A stretch of 64,000 nucleotides of DNA from Chlorokybus atmophyticus. Its lineage: Eukaryota > Plantae > Mesostigma and Chlorokybus algae. This document shows, piece after piece, positions 1-11,150 of this stretch. The notes below the pieces were generated by a model. The model did not search any database. It was not told the DNA's origin and worked only from the letters and a program-made list of their open reading frames with translations. The DNA lies in the NCBI GenBank assembly GCA_009103225.1, contig RHPI01000575.1, positions 350,258-414,257 of the forward strand, read 5' to 3'. Numbering within the stretch: the stretch's first letter is position 1; each line of letters opens with the position of its first letter. The position numbers and the translations under genes were made by a program.

Positions 1-1922
1 GACAATTGCAATGCCTGTCGACCCTGGCTGCCAGGGCGCAGCAATAGAGATGAATGTTCTCTAACTGCTTTATTTGCTTTCACACAGCTATGGCTCTACT
101 TTCAACTGAGCGCTACTAAGCATGCCAATGAGCTCATTAAGCTGCCATAGCAAGCAGCTGGCTCACTGCCAATATCACACAAATCCGCCCACGCAATGCG
201 GCCAACATATTTTTACGCCACCTGAAGCCCTAAAAGCTTAAGCCGTAAGCCGTAAAAGCTTAAGCCTTCGGTCCATTTTGTGCATGCTGCCGATGTACAT
301 GCTTCACTGCAAAGCTTGCGTGGTTAGGAGAGGGAGTGAAGCTCGCCCTCCAGCAACAGCTATGACACAATGGGACGAGGCTCTGCTGCTGCTCTCTCCT
401 ACAGTATCCTGCCTGCCTCTCCCTCCCCGTACACCAACACCGCCGGAGGCGGCGGCGGGCAGCTTACAGCTGTAAGCAGACTCAGCTAAACCCTAGCCCC
501 GCTCCACACCTCCGCCTCCGCCGCCTCCTCCTCCTCCTTAGCCGCCGCGGCCCTGCTTAACAGACAGTACCTCGCGACTACTGCGCTCCCCGGCACGCAC
601 ACCAGCGCCCCGTGCCTATAACGGGACGGTTACTGACGCTGCTAAGCCGTGCCGTCACAATCACCGGCTATAAACATATCCGGGCACTGAACGTTCATTC
701 GTGCCGAGTTGCGCCCGTTTCAGGACACGTTCTTGACTACCTGGTACATGTGTACTGCAATGTGGGCCTCTATTGCCCACTCAGTGCCAGTGGCAGCTTA
801 ATGCAAGTCTGACACTGACAGTCATCGATTGCGACGGCAGGGAAACCGTTTAGATGCACACGGCAGAGCGGATACGGTGCGCGTGACAGTGACATTGTGA
901 CACGGAGTTGACGTTGTAACGTTAAGGGTGCGTGACCCGCGGATTGAAAATTAGGCATGCTCGTACTGAGTGCAAGCCAATATGGCCGTGTACTATTGGT
1001 TGAGAATGACTATTCACGGACGGCTGCCTCAATGACGGCTCTGTGACCGTCTTTCTGACGGCCCGTGTCAAAGGCTGACAGAGCCTCATAGGCGCCTTCA
1101 ATCAATCAATGCAGCAGAGGACCAGGTAGTACCGCTGGCGGAGGTACTACCTTGCTTGGTCACCCGCAGGAAAATCGCTGACAAGGATACCATCGCAGGT
1201 ATCGCGGTACTACACTGACAGGGTCTGTGTCCCGTAGCCTACCGTAAATAGTGTGAGAGACAGATCCTGTCGTGATGCAGAGTCACAGTGGCATGCAATG
1301 CACGCTTGAACTTGTCCATTCTTTGGCCTTTAGCCTTTGCACCACACCCGTTAACATACCACAAAAGTTTAGGGTTTGGTACGCGCGCGGTACAGGCGGT
1401 GCCGCAGACGCGTACTGTACTTTAGTGAACTGAACTGAACTGAACAGCGTACTGCTCATGCCTTGGTAAATTTCTTTCCGGCTTGGCAGGCCTTCTGGCG
1501 ATTGTTATTGTTGGCGGCGGCGGCAGCGGCGGCGTGGAGGAGCAGGAGGTGGGAAGAAGGTGGGGAGCAGAGGAGGGTCAAATAAGCAGGGATTTATTTG
1601 CATAGCTTAACGCCCAGAAGAAGGTGGCGGGGGGTGAAAAGGGGTCGGTGGGTTGTGAAGAGGAGGAGGAGGAGGGAGGTAGGGCGCCGTTAGAGCAGGG
1701 GGTGCGGAGGAGGGCGGGAAGATATGCCAATTCACCTGCTTGGACAGGTGGGGAGGAAGACATGACAATCAACTGGCACGGTTCAACTAATGTATGCTCG
1801 CACCGTCCGCTCTTACTAGATGCATCTGCTGTGCAGATTGTACGCATGTTTGCACAGTATGTTGTTTGGAGAAGTTTATGTACATTGAGCTTGATGTGTA
1901 GCATACATTTGCAGGGCCGAAA

Positions 1923-4900
1923 ATGCAGTCTTCATCAGCTCATGACTCACTCAACATTACAAGCGCACAACGAGTCGTTGTGGAGCGTTTGGGGTTACAA
2001 ACAACGGAGGAGGCACGCGCACAACTACACGCATTGCAGCAAGGCACACCAGAATGGTTGACAGCTCGGGTTCGTCGCTTGACTGCGTCCAACTTCGCCG
2101 CTGCCATCAATAATTATCCCGCTATGAATGCACAAACACTAGCAACCTACATGCTTGCAAAGATCAAAGGTGAGTCCGCATTCGCTTCTCTTCTCCTGAC
2201 CATCTCGCGCAATGGTTACATATTCACATATGCAACTCTCCTCATATGTGTGCAGACCCTAGCGATGAACCGCCGCGCACCCCGGCAATGGTCTTTGGGA
2301 TCAACAATGAAGAAATAGCGGCGCAAGCATACTATGCACATGTGCAAGCGCAAGTAGAAGCAAGTGTGGGTTTGGAGATGCGTAAGACGGGGTTGCACGT
2401 GCACTCGAGGCACCATTGGTTGGCTGCTAGTCCTGACCGCGTTGTCTCGCACAACGATGAATTGTGGTTGTTGGAGGTGAAGTGCACCTTGGACCCTCAA
2501 CCATGGAGTGCATTGCCGAATCATGTGGTGGATCAAGTGGTCGGCCAAATGGCCATCACGGGGTACAAGCGTTGCGACATCATTTGCTGGAGCAAATCCG
2601 GCAAGTACAGCGTGTTCAGCCTGCTCTATGATGAATGGCATAGGCGACATTGGGGCTGCACGCTGCTTCCCAAGCTTCGGCATTTTTACTTTACTTTCTT
2701 TGCTCCGCACGCGGCGGTGTTGTTGGAGCCGCCGCGACAACATCAAGACGCATGTCCTACTGCGCCACAACGCAAGTGGAGTGCGCAAATAGATACGCCT
2801 CGCATCGTCGAGGAGCTTAGGAGCATGAGAACTTCTGGTATGTATCACATACAGTAGATGCATCTGAGAGGTGCATCTGTCCCTGTGCATCTACACGGAT
2901 GCATCTACTCGTTACAGGCACATGCGTCCGCACAGTAGATGCATCTCGTTGAATGTTTTGCATAGATGCTTCAACTAGTTGTAAGGTAGTAAATCGTGTG
3001 ACTGTGGTAACTTTGTATGCTCACTTCACCGCTTCACAGTGCCTACCTCACATACCAAGCCTCTTCCCCCGCAAGACATCCCCCCCTCCCCCCCTTGTCA
3101 CCAGCAGGTGTATCTGTGAGAAATGTGGTTGCATGGATGCATCTACTGCGTGATTGACATGCTTTCATGTCACATGCATGTAAGACAACGGGGCAAGTGA
3201 CTGAGTATTTACTTGGCAGCTCATAGTCCCTTTTGCAGGAGATTACAACCTACCTGCCCTCGCTGTAGGGCAATGCGTGCGCTTGAAAACAAAGTTTCAA
3301 CAACGTGGGACAATCCATGCCGTGCAACCAAACGGTAAAGTGGTAGTCGCTTGGGAGTACACGGGTGGTTTGCCGAGCACGAAAGCCATTGCAGCCACAT
3401 CCATACATGCGTCAATTGCAAGTGAGTCGTTGATGGAATGCCTTGTCTTGGTAATGGTGCAAGCTTAATGATCATTACGCCTCGCCTCGTAGGTGAACAC
3501 AACACTCCCAAACACGAGGGTGACAAAGTGCAAGTGATTGGAGGCTGTCACGTGGGCATAATTGCTGAGGTGGTGAGATTGGGACCACTACAAAGCCATG
3601 TGTGTTTGGAAGGCGCATCCATTGTGCAGATACGCAACAAAATGTTGCAACACATATCACAAGGTTCGTGTATGTTTTATCATTACGCACATGCCCATCG
3701 AGTGACCATAGCATGTTGCTTAAAGACACATTGCACACCGCTTGTTGTCACTCAAAGTGCTGCATCCGAAGGTCACAATACGTCTTGCAGAATTAGATGA
3801 TGACAGTGAACCGCATGTGCAACATGACACTTTGGAGGAGCATGTTGTAAAGGTGACCGAGTTCGAGCAATGGTTGCACGAGTACCAAGTGAAGAATGGA
3901 GTTGATGTGGTTGTTGTACAACGGCGGCAAGCACGTGGCGATGCCCCCTACATCAAGGCGCGCACGTTGTATGCTTGTCGAAGGTATGTATTTGGTTGCT
4001 AGTAAACAGCAGATGCATCTATTGTGTGCCTGCATGTCGGGGCATTCGTTAGGATGCATCTAGCTGGATGCATCTACTGGTTGTTGGGATACCCACAATC
4101 TCTCACCGCTTGTTTAGAGGGGATGCACGGCAATCAAGGCAGCTGTCACATCACAAGCCCATTGATTCTGCCAAAGTTGGGTGTCGGTTCAGCATGACAA
4201 TGACGGAATACGTGGACCAAGAGGAGACATGCTACGTGCGTATAGCAACCCGGCACACCAACCACGAGCCAGGTATATGATAATGTGTTGCCTGCTTGTC
4301 TTACATGCAAACACGCCGATACGTTAAGAGATGTATCAGCTTGACTTCGTGGTAGGCTCTGCTGAGGATCAAAAGTACCTGCTACCGCATCCAGGACTCC
4401 GTGAGGAGACGCGCATGTTGTTGGAGTTGGGACTTAAGCCACAAACGGTGTTGAACAGTGAGTTGATCACAGTAGTTGTGCATGGTGCCATTGTGTAACA
4501 ACCTCGAGCGCGAGTTACTAGAGGTTCAATGTGATGGTGGGCTGATCTATGCCAATGTGTACAGTGCTCGATCGTAGAAGCACTCAATTTGATGGAGTGA
4601 CATCCACGATGCGGGAGGACTATTCCAATCGACGCTGTAGACTTAGCAAAGAAGACATCAACAACATCTACAAAGAAATGAGGAGGGCTAAAGCAATTGC
4701 CCCCTCAGATGCTGTTGCTGTTGCCAAGCTAGTAAACTCTCTACCAGATGGCATTGTTTTGCATTACACGGCACCCGGTGTTGATGAGACACACGAACAG
4801 CACACACCTTTCGTCATCATTATGCAAACAGAGTTTCAAAAACGCATGCTGGGGCAATTTGGCTCTAACACGGTGCTCTTAGACGCTACAGGCGGCACAA

Positions 4901-7544
4901 ACTGTTGGGGCTATCAGTTTTGGGCAATGGTGGTCAAAGACGACTTTGGAAACGGTACGTGTGCGCATGGAGCTGTACAGATGCATCTAGCTGTTGGCAT
5001 ACTACGTGCTATGTGTTGCTTGCTTGGAATAGTCTGCATGTATACAACTCGAAGGCACGAACGCATTCAACAAAATGACATCAAGCGCATTCACCTTATG
5101 TAGTGCCCGCACATGTAATTGGACGAGTGCATGTGACTCTCACATACCTTAAGCTTCAATCCACGGTTAGGTGCATTCACTGGTGTTGTGGATGAAGCGC
5201 GCATAAAAGACCAATCCACCTTTTGTAGGGGTTCCGGTAGCTTTCATGGTGAGCGAGCACGAAGATTCTGAAACAGTGAAGCTGTTTCTCAATACAGTAT
5301 ACGCGCGCATCCCAAACTTCAAGCCTCGTTGTGTCATGATGGACAAGTCCCTAGCGGAGATGAAAGCGGTCGAGGAGATCGGCTCGACAGTGTTGCTGTG
5401 CTACTTTCACTTGCTACAAGACTGGGAACGCTTTTTGCGCAAGGGGACAACCCATGTCGTAGGCAAAAAGATGCGCTCGGATGTGCTGGCAAGCGTGAAG
5501 CTGCTTAAGCGGTCCGGCAGTGTGGACCTGTTTGCACACAGAGTAGAAGCGTTCATGCAGGAGTATGCTGATTACGCGGAGGTGATCAAGTATCTCAAGC
5601 AAGAATGGCTTCCTGATCGAGACAAGTCAATAAAGTCATAAATTACAGTTATAAGCATTCTAGTTTCACTATGGAACACGCATGTTTGTACGCACTTACA
5701 AGCTGTTGCTAGATGCATCTACTGCTGAAACGCGTTAGCGCACTAGAATGGCCTCAATCTTATAGTACCGTGGTTTGCATGCAGACAAATGGGCTGATTG
5801 TGGACGTCAATTTGAGCACGAAGGCATTGAAACCAACAACCTATTGGAAAGGTTCTTTCATAGTTTGAAGTACACTTTCCTTGGGGGCAAAGTCAACCGC
5901 TGCATTAGCGATTTGATTGTTAAGTTGCTTGAAGACGTTGTTCCTCACTTTATCCGCGAGCGCAAGCTCAAGGTGTCTGGACGTGGCGGCAAGAACGAGG
6001 CACTGCGCGCTCATGAGCGTAGAGCTCATGAAGTCGACTACCTTGTCAAGAGTGATAAAGTGCAGATTACTGATGCCACCATAGGCATGTGCATGGTTGC
6101 CTCCGTACCAGACGGCACGAGTGTCGTCTCAGAGCGCTGCTACACTGGATGTATTGCGGAGCTGACTTGTGAATGCCCTAGCACAGACACGGCATATGCC
6201 AAATTTTGCAAGCATATGGAGGCGGCATTATTAGTGCATCCGTTTACCTCTGAGATGCGGACGGCCGCGGCGGATTATCTGTTGCGTAACAACGGCATAC
6301 GTTTGCAGCCAAACGGTCTCATAGCCGAGGTGGCTAGCATGCTAGACGCCAACTTGATGTTCACTTGCGATCTCGCGAACACCTTCTGTACCTGCGCCGA
6401 TCACGATTTCAATGGCGTATGCTGTCACTTGCTTGCTGCAGCTCGGGCGAGCCAATCAGCTGACGTATACGCGGGTAAGTCCATTACAACAGATGCATCT
6501 GATGTATTTGGTTGTCATTCATGTATGTGTAACACGACTGTTGTGTCACACATACGTACGCACAGAACTGAAGCTTAGGAATGAAGAGGAGCCAACACTC
6601 AACCTTCGGCGATCGCCACATGCACCAAGCCGTCAAGACCCGCGTCTTGACCCGCTTACTGACGATGTCGACCCTTCCATCGATTGCGCACGCAGCGTGT
6701 TGGATGACTTGCATGACGGCCACTCAAGTACGGTGCATAAGTTGCTGACATGTAGCTTATTGATCATGCATATGCCATTGCATACAAGTGCGGTTGCAAT
6801 TATGGCTTGCTTGCATTACGTGTATAAATACTCACACACGGCATGTTGGTTTTAGGCGCGGAGCATGACGAGGACTTGCGCTGCAGCATCCTGACATCGG
6901 TATCCACCATCAAGCAGCGTGTCAAGCATATGTCACGTTCCACAGCTGCTGAGGTGGATGAGTCTCTTAAGGCTCTCATTCAGCAGTTAGACGCTTCCTT
7001 GCCACGGCTTTTTACAACTATCCGGCGACAACATAAGCAATGGAGACGGCAGCAATCGGACAGAGTTCAACGGTCGTTGTATAACCGCACTACACCTAAC
7101 TCTGCACAAGAAGCTCGAGGTGCAGAGGCACCAACAAATGTGGGTGGCTTTCACAAGACTCAGGGACCTGGAAGACCCAGAGCTCAAAGTCGCAACGACT
7201 TTGGTGCTTACCAGCGCGATGGAGCTGGTAAAAAGGCGTATCCCCTCAGACGCAAAAGAAACAAGAACGAAAACCCTCAGCACGCTGCAGTGCCTCCGGA
7301 TGTTACAACAAGCAAGGGTGGTGCCAAGCGTAAGGTCAAAAACGTCTCGGCTAGGGCAGAGGCAAACGCCTCCACCCGTTGTGCATCACAGCCCGTGCCC
7401 ACAGTTACGACACCGCAACGCCCCATTTTCTCCACTCAGGTGTACAGCCCAATGCCAGGCTTCTCTCCGGCAGCAAAGACGACTTCGCAAGGGGTGCGGG
7501 GCAACATGCGGCCTACCAACTTGAACTTCGATGCAGCAACATGA
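1923..7544 (+). CDS. Multi-exon gene (about 1,300 aa): YqaJ-like nuclease, two SH3/KOW-like barrels, WRKY/GCM1-like Zn finger, MULE DDE transposase, two SWIM fingers
   Basis: YqaJ motifs: QQGTPEWLTARVRRLTASNF, FGINNEE, LAASPDRVV, LLEVKC, QVVGQMAITG. MULE core: VLLDATGGTN, VMMDKS, LLCYFHLLQDW, TNNLLERFFHSLK. SWIM: CECPSTDTAYAKFCKH and CTCADHDFNGVCCH. GT-AG introns with matching phase link the blocks (2170-2255, 2838-3238, 3422-3492, 3664-3790, 3984-4117 and others). One donor, at 5622, is non-canonical. Confidence 0.85.
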
Positions 7545-7836
7545 ATATCATAAAGTGGTGGTAGAGGAGGTGTGCTGACTGCTCATACATCCGCACATGA
7601 ACTCAACTTTCTCTTGCAACTTCGACCACAACCAACTGTAGGTGCTTCTAACCTCTATAACCTCATGAGCATGCGGTTTATATATGGCGACAAACTCAAG
7701 TCATCCGAGAGGTGAATGACGAGAAGTGGCAAATGTTCTTGTTTACACTTGCACAAACAGTTCATTCATGAATGCTATTGTTGGTTACAACATGCACGAT
7801 GCTTGATGATGTCTACTTAGATGCAAAAGCCACGGT

Positions 7837-8370
7837 TTAGGTAGATGCATCTGCAGGACAACCAGCGAGATCTACTTAGATGCATCCCGTTCTGGGTCTA
7901 GTTAGATGCATCTTGTCATACCCTGCCAATTTGCTGAAGAAACCTCCTCTAAGGCAGGCTTTGAGCAAGACCCTGCCTGGTAAAAAGTTAGGGTCTAGGT
8001 AGATGCATCTGCTGAACAATCAGCGAGATGTACTTAGATGCATCCCGTTTTGGGTCTAGCTAGATGCATCAAGTCATACCCTGCCAATTTGCGGACGAAA
8101 CCGCCTCTAAGGCAGGCTTTGAGCAAGACCAAGCCTAATAGAAAGTCAGGGTCTTGTTAGATGCATCTACTGACTTAGTGACGTCTTTTTCGATGCATCT
8201 CGTTATACCCAAGCCAAATTGCTGATGAAACCGCCTCCCAAGCACGCTTTGAGCCAGACCCTGCCTAATTAGAAACCCGGGTTTGGGTAAATGCAACCAT
8301 AAAGATGCATCTTGTTGGATGCATCTACAGCAAAGCTGAGTGCTACGTGTGGGAACAGATGCATCTACTG
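7837..8370. repeat. Diverged tandem array of about 158-bp units rich in AGATGCATCT inside the MULE
   Basis: gtagatgcatctgc recurs at 7841 and 7999. The block ataccc..ccaa.ttgc.ga.gaaacc.cctc...gca.gctttgagc.agacc occurs three times. Confidence 0.85.
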
Positions 8371-8388
8371 CAAAGCAACATGTCAAGG

Positions 8389-9530
8389 CTACTCAGAGTC
8401 GGAGGCCGCCTTGCCCACTCGCCTCACATGCTTTTTGAAACACTTGTTCTCGCAAAAGAAGCGCCATCCGCCCTTCTCTTTTTCACAGCACCCGCAAAAC
8501 CAAGGTGTACTGTTGGGGCACAAGCCACAACGCTTGCGTGCCGCCTGCCGTTCCATCCCAGTCAACTTGCGGCCTTTCTCGTTGTACACAAGTTTGCAAA
8601 GCCTATGCTCCTGAACGCACACACACATACGCACACAATGAGCGGCATGGGCAGCATCCCCACAACATGCACGACTGAACTTGATTGCTCAATGGCAGGG
8701 GTATATAGTTACAGCATGTTGCCGCTGACACTCACATGCCCTTGCGTATCTTTCAGAGTCAGGTGCACTTCCTTCAAATTATGATCGATAGGCTTGACAA
8801 TGACCTGCTTGTCCCCCTCGCGAGATGCCTTCTTGACCGACCGCCCGCCACCGGCGGCGACAGCTTTCTGCATTCACAACTTTTGCATCTAAGGCATATT
8901 ACAAGTTCACATAATGAAAATGATATCCACAACACTCACCGTTGGAGCCTCTTGTTGTTTTGTAGATGCATCAGCACCAGTATTATCTGCCCTTTTAGCA
9001 CGCTTGCGGCCGGCCTTGTTCTTCTGCTGCATTACATATTGATGTTTAGCAACACATATACGCATGTCGCATACGTAAGCAGATACTCACCGTGGGAACC
9101 TCTGCCTCTGCCTCTGCCTCCGCCTCAACACCCTCATCGACTTTGACTTTAGCAGCGCGCTTGCGACCTGTTCGGCACTTCTCCTGCGTAACAAACGTGG
9201 GTAAGGATGTTACAATGGCGCCGTTTGCAAGTATGCACGCGACCAATTTTGACAAATACATACACAAGCTTCTCCCGTAGCTTCTACAGCTGGGTCTTGA
9301 CCTTCTCCTATGTACACAGGCTCCTCCAGCAGCTTGCTCTTGACCTTCTCCTACATAAGAAATAGTCAGACCAATGGTTACAGCGACACACAAAGACATA
9401 CACATTTGACCAGATGCATCTACTGTGTTATGCACGAACACACACACACACATCGTGGATGATTATGCATACACACACGCATACCTTCGGCACCTGCTGC
9501 TCCTTGGCCTTGACCTTTTCCTATAGAACA
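8389..9530 (-). CDS. MULE accessory gene (partial model) ending in a piggyBac-like cysteine-rich Zn finger
   Basis: The terminal exon reads RKRCGLCPNSTPWFCGCCEKEKGGWRFFCENKCFKKH. Upstream exon-like blocks (GDKQVIVKPIDHNLKEVHLTLKDTQGH and GxGQ mini-exons) have AG/GT boundaries. The start codon was not located. Confidence 0.5.
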
Positions 9531-9597
9531 AATAGACAGACCAGTACCTACATCAACACAAGTCGACATGCACATCTGACCAGATGCACCTACTGTG

Positions 9598-9598
<1 letters not shown>

Positions 9599-9686
<88 letters not shown>
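9599..9686. repeat. (CA)n microsatellite followed by a single N
   Basis: About 44 CA units, then n at 9687. Confidence 0.95.
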
Positions 9687-9687
9687 N

Positions 9688-9872
9688 ACCCTGTGCAAGA
9701 ATGTGTGAGAGCAATCTATAGACAATTTGCTGCATGATTGACAGCAATGTGTAGACCACCAGTTCCGCTGTTAAGTCTATTCCAATGACTAATGGTATAT
9801 CATGTTGAAAGTTTGCAATGCACGAAGACATACCTCGCGTGCACCGGAACGGCTGATGTTTTCTGAGCCTGC
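9688..9872. repeat. 185-bp direct copy of kinesin-5 gene segment 14897-15081 inside the MULE
   Basis: accctgtgcaagaatgtgtg...ttttctgagcctgc appears identical by eye at both positions. It covers an exon end, a whole intron and 3 nt of the next exon. Confidence 0.93.
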
Positions 9873-11150
9873 CCCCCTCTTCTCCTCCGCCTCCTGTACC
9901 CGGCTCCTGTTTATACCTACCACCCCTCTCCACCTCCGCCGCCGCCTCTACCGCCGCCGCTGCCGCCGCCTGCTCACCGCCTCCCAGCAGGCGGGAGAAT
10001 ATAACAAAAAAAGTTACCAAGGCATGGGCGGTACGCTGCTACACTACTGTACCATACAAAGTGTACAGTACTGCTTAGGGTTCCGGTAAGCACCGCGCGT
10101 ACCGGAACCCTAAACTTTTGTGGTATGTTAACGGGCGTGGTGCTTAGCCTTTTCGTGATCATGACAGATTGGTATCAATGTTGCCCATAAACAGATAGAA
10201 TTGCTCTTCAGCCGCTTGGTTGAAACGCATACGCTGTTGCCAGCTTGTGACTACGTGACTTGCCTTTGGAACCGCATTGATCAATCATGACACACCCAAA
10301 TATTGATGCCTGGATGAGGGCATCGTCAACGACACCTTGTGCCTCCGCCACCATTTGCCCCACCTTGCGTGGGTTGCTTTGGCTGGTTTTTATTTACCAA
10401 TTACAAACTCTGCTTCTAGAACGTCTTGCGTGTGCACAAAACCACAAGTGAGCAAACACGAATGCTGCAACGCAGGCCTAGATGTTGCTGTTACTAGGTG
10501 TTGCTGTTACTAATTCTGCTGTGCCTGAAGAGCACTGTGACTGACTGCTGACTGCGGATTGCATGGTAAGACTGCCATGTTGTGCCAATTATATACACTC
10601 TCCAGTTGTGTACGTGGCTCAGTAGGCATGAGGAAGCCAGTGCCACTTTGCAAAGCATAGAACAGTACGAGGATGACTGCTCCCTGCAGCCAGCGATAGT
10701 GTTTAATACCGGTATGTTGGGCACCGCTCGAGGCGCCCAACATATTAGCTCAGCAGGATAAAGCCAACCAATAACCATGATAAGTTGCAGACATGCTGCT
10801 GTGCATACACACAATACCACAGCTGTCGATTATACAAGCAAGCACACATAAGACACGCTGATTGGACACGTTGAGGGGACTGCCAGCCATGTGACACATG
10901 GTACCCTAGAAACTCTGAAAAGAACGGACACGACACGCATTTACTCTAATTCAATTCATTCTGTCACAGACTTTCTGTGTCATAGCATATGCCAGGTAAA
11001 GTGAAAGTTTCAGAATGCTAGTACAACCGGTAAGCTTCTGGTGAAGCCATCGACCATAAAAGTACGAGTTCGGCTGACAAATGAAGCTGGTTTCATCAAG
11101 TCCTACACATAAGCTTACTTTGCTGGCAATCAACATACGACTGTCACTTT

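Larger units (their letters stand above)
1339..10143 (+). mobile_element. Mutator-like DNA transposon (MULE), complete with TIRs and 9-bp TSD
   Basis: The left end GCACCACACCCGTTAACATACCACAAAAGTTTAGGGTT (from 1339) matches the reverse complement of the right end ending at 10143, with one mismatch. Imperfect similarity continues inward (gcgtacYgcYcatgccttggtaa). Identical flanks TTAGCCTTT lie at 1330-1338 and 10144-10152. A MULE transposase is encoded inside. Confidence 0.95.

Noticed and set aside
229-270. Short taagccg/taaaagcttaagcc repeats
   Set aside because: Too short and irregular to assign. There is no spacer structure, so this is not a CRISPR array.
600-1253. Possible CACTA right end (...CCGTAAATAGTG at 1253) with TGACGG/CCGT-rich subterminal sequence
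   Set aside because: No matching left CACTA end or TSD is visible in the window, and a 5-nt terminus can occur by chance.
7837-8370. Repeat array considered as CRISPR-like
   Set aside because: Whole ~158-bp units are duplicated without unique spacers, the context is a eukaryotic transposon, and there are no cas genes.
10076-10112. 13-bp hairpin in the right MULE TIR (tagggttccggta...taccggaacccta)
   Set aside because: Real, but best explained as internal TIR sub-repeat structure rather than a separate feature.
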